Source: Macrostomum lignano
Taxonomy: Eukaryota
Length of the DNA: 64,000 nucleotides
NCBI GenBank assembly: GCA_002269645.1
Contig: NIVC01000151.1
Location: 620,001-684,000, forward strand
Direction of reading: 5' to 3'
Both the position numbers and the translations under genes were made by a program. The notes under the pieces were generated by a model. That model saw only the letters and a program-made list of their open reading frames with translations, was not told where the DNA came from and searched no databases. Position 1 is the first letter of the stretch. The number at the start of each line of letters is the position of its first letter. Below, in pieces: positions 60,339 through 64,000 of the stretch.

Positions 60339-63300
60339 ATGGCGCAACCCGAGGAGCCGGCGGGCCTCACTGAGCAGCAGCGCAGCCGCATGCGGGCCTA
60401 CAAGAACGCCGGCCTCAGCTCCGAGGAGATGCGCCGGCGCAGAGACGAAGTGGGCGCCCAGTTGAGGCGCCAGCGCCACGACGAGCAAGTGTTCAAGCGG
60501 CGCAGCCTCCTGCCGCAGCCGCCGGCTGGCGAGGCCGCCGAAGCCACTGCCGCCGACGCTTCAAACGCCGGGTCTCGCATGGAAGAATGCGGCGGTGCCA
60601 GCGACGCCGGTGCTGTCCAGGACGGCGCCCGGCCCGGCTCGCCGATGCCCTCAGCAGACGGCCTGGCCTTGCTGGTTGGCCGCCTGGCCGAGCCCAGCTC
60701 GGAGGCCCGCCTGGAGGCAACGCGGCGGCTGCGGCACCTGCTGTGTCGGGTCAGCGACCCGCCAGTCGGTGAGTTGGCTGTCGGGGAGAGGTCCCGGGCT
60801 CGATTGAAATGGGGAGTCGGATTCGTGGAATCTGTGAGCTTCTACACCTGCATGTGTGCGGAAGTTAAATTTAAACGCGCTTGGCCAGCACTGGTTCCGA
60901 GTCTACTCTTGTGCACTTTTCGCAAGAATAGACACGCCCTATTGGAGATTCGCTTCGTAATTCTTGTCTTGCTACTTCTTGTTGGATTTCTTGGAATTGC
61001 AAAGTCGAAGGGCGACCTTGACTTATCCGCAGGGGGCTCTGGATGCCCATTCCGCTGACCCCATGGCTGGTGCTGCAGTGTCGAGCAGGGAGACCCGATG
61101 CTGTGCCAGTGTCCGCAGCGCCGTCCCTCTCTAAAGAGTCCAGGTGAATGGTCGCTCGCCCGGTAGCCCGGCTGTGAGAAGCGCTCGCTAATTGTTCTTA
61201 TTACCACTGTTTCTCTAGTCGCCATTGCTTGAAAGCAGTCACGTCACAATACCGGTGGTTCGATTTAAGTTGTTTCTATCTTCAATCTAAGCCAGCGCGA
61301 TTTAAGCGAAAGTGGGCATGGCTAGTACGCAGTAATTGCAGTAGAAGGCTCATCCAGTGAAAGCTTTGCCAGCAAGTGGCGCTGATTTCCCCGCCTCAAA
61401 TTTAAAGTGTATTAAGTCTCACCCGGTGTTTCATCTACGCTCAGCAGATACCCGAGTTTCAGAGCGCCTTCTCCCACTTTTATACAGCTGTCATATAGCT
61501 TCATTTCAAAGCTGATTAATTATTTTACATCTCTATGAAACTCACTTGATATAAGCTCTAACTAAACTTTGGAAACGACAAAATGTCCTGTTTTTATACT
61601 GGATCAACAAGCTAACTTTCTAACAGATTTTGTTGACTGGCTGCACCCTGTAGGAGATCTGCGCTTACGGAAGAGTACTCGTAGCAAGAAAGAATTGAAA
61701 GGGAATCTTATTGTGTTGCGTACTGCTAGTTCAATAATGCTTGGAGCGCGAGTGTCCGCAGGCGGAGCCCTGGCCTGTCGCGAGCTGAAATCTCTCATCT
61801 GGAGACACCTGTGCAAGACAGATACTAGAATAACCAGATGTGTCACTTGAATTTAAAGTTGTCAGAAAGCAGAGCGTCTACTCTTTTCAGTAGTTTTTTT
61901 TCTGCGCAGTCTCCCAAAATTTAATGTGGCAGCTAAATTTTCCTCCTTCCTTCAGGTTTCGCGGCCTATGGAGCAGATGGGGTTAAGAATGAACGAAAAG
62001 CTTTTAACTCAACGTACACAAGGGAACGCAAGACGGACAAAATTCAGCCTAGGGGCAGGCCCAATCTAGCTCGGCCAATGAGAGAGCAGTAAGGAGAGAG
62101 GTCGAAGTCAGAGGGACGAAACTCAGTCTAGGGTGCAGGCCCAATCTGGCTCAGCCAATGAAAGAGCAGTAAGGAGAGAGGTCGAAGTCAAAGGGACAAA
62201 ACTCAACCTTTCCTTACTGCTCTCTCATTGGCTGAGCTAGATTGGGCCTGCTCCCTAGGTTGAGGTTTTTGTTCTTATTATTGTAAAGGCAAAAAACGCT
62301 TTTTATGTTATTAAAAAAGAGACTAAAGTAGATAAGTGCAACCAACATCTTGTTATTCAAGTATCTGCGGTGCAAGCCACTGGATTGAAAGTAAATGGGC
62401 TGCATCTGCAAAGCAGACGGGCTTAAAACACACCTGCGGTTCCCCCCTGCCCAGACGAGCTGCTGCAGGCTGGCGCGCTGCCCTGGCTGATCGCCGGCCT
62501 GTCCGAGTCCGGGCACCCCGCCTTGCAGTTTGAATCCGCCTGGGCCATCACCAACGTGGCCTCCGGGCAGAGCCGCCACTCGCTGGCTGTGGCTGAGGCG
62601 CCTGGCGCCCTGGCCGCCCTGGTGGCGCTGCTGGACAGCTGGGAGCGCCAGCCGGCGCAGCTCACCGAGCAGGCGGCCTGGGCCCTCGCCAACATCGCTG
62701 GCGACTCTGCCGCCACCAGAGACGCCGTGCTGGCAGCCGGCACCATCGAGCCGCTGGCCCGGGCGGTCCAACACGCCAGCGGGGACGGCCTGGTGCGGGT
62801 GGGCGCCTGGTGCCTCGCCAACCTGTGCCGCTGCAGCAACGGCAGGTGAGCATTTTGGAATTCCAGTTGGACAGCTGGGGATCCGGGTGGTTGTTATTAA
62901 TGTTATGTTATTGTATTAATTCGGAATTGAGCTCTTTTATTAGCCACTCCTGTGAGATCTTGGTGACTAAAATTTCCATTGAGTTCTTGATTTCATAGGG
63001 CATTCCCTTGATCTTATATTAGCATTTTTGTGCGATTCCCTTGAGTCCCGTGGCATGAGCGATTCCCTTTGAGTCCTGTGGCATGAGCGATTCCCCTGGA
63101 GTCCTGTGGCATGAGCGATTCCCCTCGAGTCCTGTGGCATGAGCGATTCCCCTGGAGTCCTGTGGCATGAGAGATTCCCCTCGAGTCCTGTGGCATGAGC
63201 GATTCCCCTGGAGTCCTGTGGCATGAGAGATTCCCCTGGAGTCCTGTGGCATGAGAGATTCCCCTCGAGTCCTGTGGCATGAGCGATTCCCCTGGAGTCC

Positions 63301-64000
63301 TGTGGCATGAGCGATTCCCCTCGAGTCCTGTGGCATGAGCAATTCCCCTCGAGTCCTGTGGCATGAGCGATTCCCCTCGAGTCCTGTGGCATGAGCAATT
63401 CTCCTCGAGTCCTTGGAGGCATGAAGCGATTCCCCTGGAGTCCTTTGGTGGCATGAGCGATTCCCCTGGAGTCCTGTGGCATGAGAAATTCCCCTCGAGT
63501 CCTTTGTGGCATGAGCATTGAGCAATTCCCCTCAAGTCCTCTGTGGCATGAGGGATTCCCCTTAGGTCTTTGGTGGCATGAGCGATTCCCCTCGAGTCCT
63601 AGGCGATATCAGCGATTCTTAGTCTTTCCTAGCAATTCCACCTGACTCCTTTTTGTAATGAGCAGTTCTATTTAAAAACCAAGGAGATTTGAGCAACTCC
63701 CTTGAGAGCTTAGCCTAGAGCTAGGGCTCATCACAGCAACTCATTGCACTCCCCGATTAATAACCCGCGTCTCTCAGGCATGCCGGCATGGCGGCCCCGC
63801 AGCTGGCCGCCCTGCAGCCCTGTCTGCCCCTGCTGGCCCGGCTGGCCTTCCACGGCGAGCCGGACATCCTGTCTGACGTCTGCTGGGCCCTCGCCTACGT
63901 GTCCGACGGCGACAACGACCGCGTGCAGGCCGTCATTGACACTGGCGTCTGCCGGCGGCTGGTGGCTCTCATTCAACATCCGCAGCAGCTGGTGGCGCGG
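60339..64000 (+). CDS. KPNA: Importin alpha (karyopherin alpha), 5' part; join(60339..60768,62455..62845,63778..>64000)
   Basis: IBB domain RMRAYKNAGLSSEEMRRRRDEVGAQLRRQRHDEQVFKRR; ARM repeats QFESAWAITNVASG, EQAAWALANIAGDS, DVCWALAYVSDGDNDRVQAVIDTGVCRRLV. GT-AG introns in consistent phase; runs off the window end. Confidence 0.92.
62045..62262. repeat. Two ~78-bp direct copies plus one inverted copy (small hairpin-forming element) in importin alpha intron 1
   Basis: CAGGCCCAATCTAGCTCGGCCAATGAGAGAGCAGTAAGGA twice, then its reverse complement at ~62211-62260. Confidence 0.8.
63040..63600. repeat. 28-bp minisatellite in importin alpha intron 2
   Basis: Unit GAGTCCTGTGGCATGAGCGATTCCCCT(C/G), about 20 copies. 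Confidence 0.95.

Noticed and set aside
60842-61225. Antisense 127-aa ORF nested in importin alpha intron 1
   Set aside because: No recognisable domain, splice or poly(A) support; a length reachable by chance in GC-balanced DNA.

Overview
Eukaryotic (animal) genomic DNA, most likely the flatworm Macrostomum lignano or a close relative. The evidence is a 34-nt exact match to the recalled Macrostomum spliced leader at 5819-5852, GC-rich coding exons, and introns packed with minisatellites. Spliced gene models rebuilt by hand: RPL14, CFAP141/C1orf189, a rhodopsin-class GPCR with frameshifts, a secreted PAN-like + TSP1 protein, two tandem DEG/ENaC channel paralogs, a ZDHHC9/14/18-type palmitoyltransferase with a U12-type AT-AC intron, and the 5' part of an importin alpha. 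There is also an orphan intronless ORF. About 20 unrelated tandem repeats (units 14-65 bp) occur, many intronic, and several are built from a splice junction. Mobile DNA: Gypsy, LINE, Penelope, SINE, MITE, a recent foldback-like element with 630-bp TIRs, and hAT/CMC-like relics. Most notable: (1) a full-length spliced leader in the genome with no splice donor, probably a retroposed trans-spliced RNA; (2) CpG-free, TpA-rich interiors of DNA transposons resembling RIP-like C-to-T hypermutation; (3) a minor-spliceosome intron; (4) an ENaC C-tail VNTR that can encode PPxY motifs. The long ORFs in the ORF track that lie over tandem repeats are artefacts. All counts were made by eye and family assignments come from recalled motifs, not database searches.
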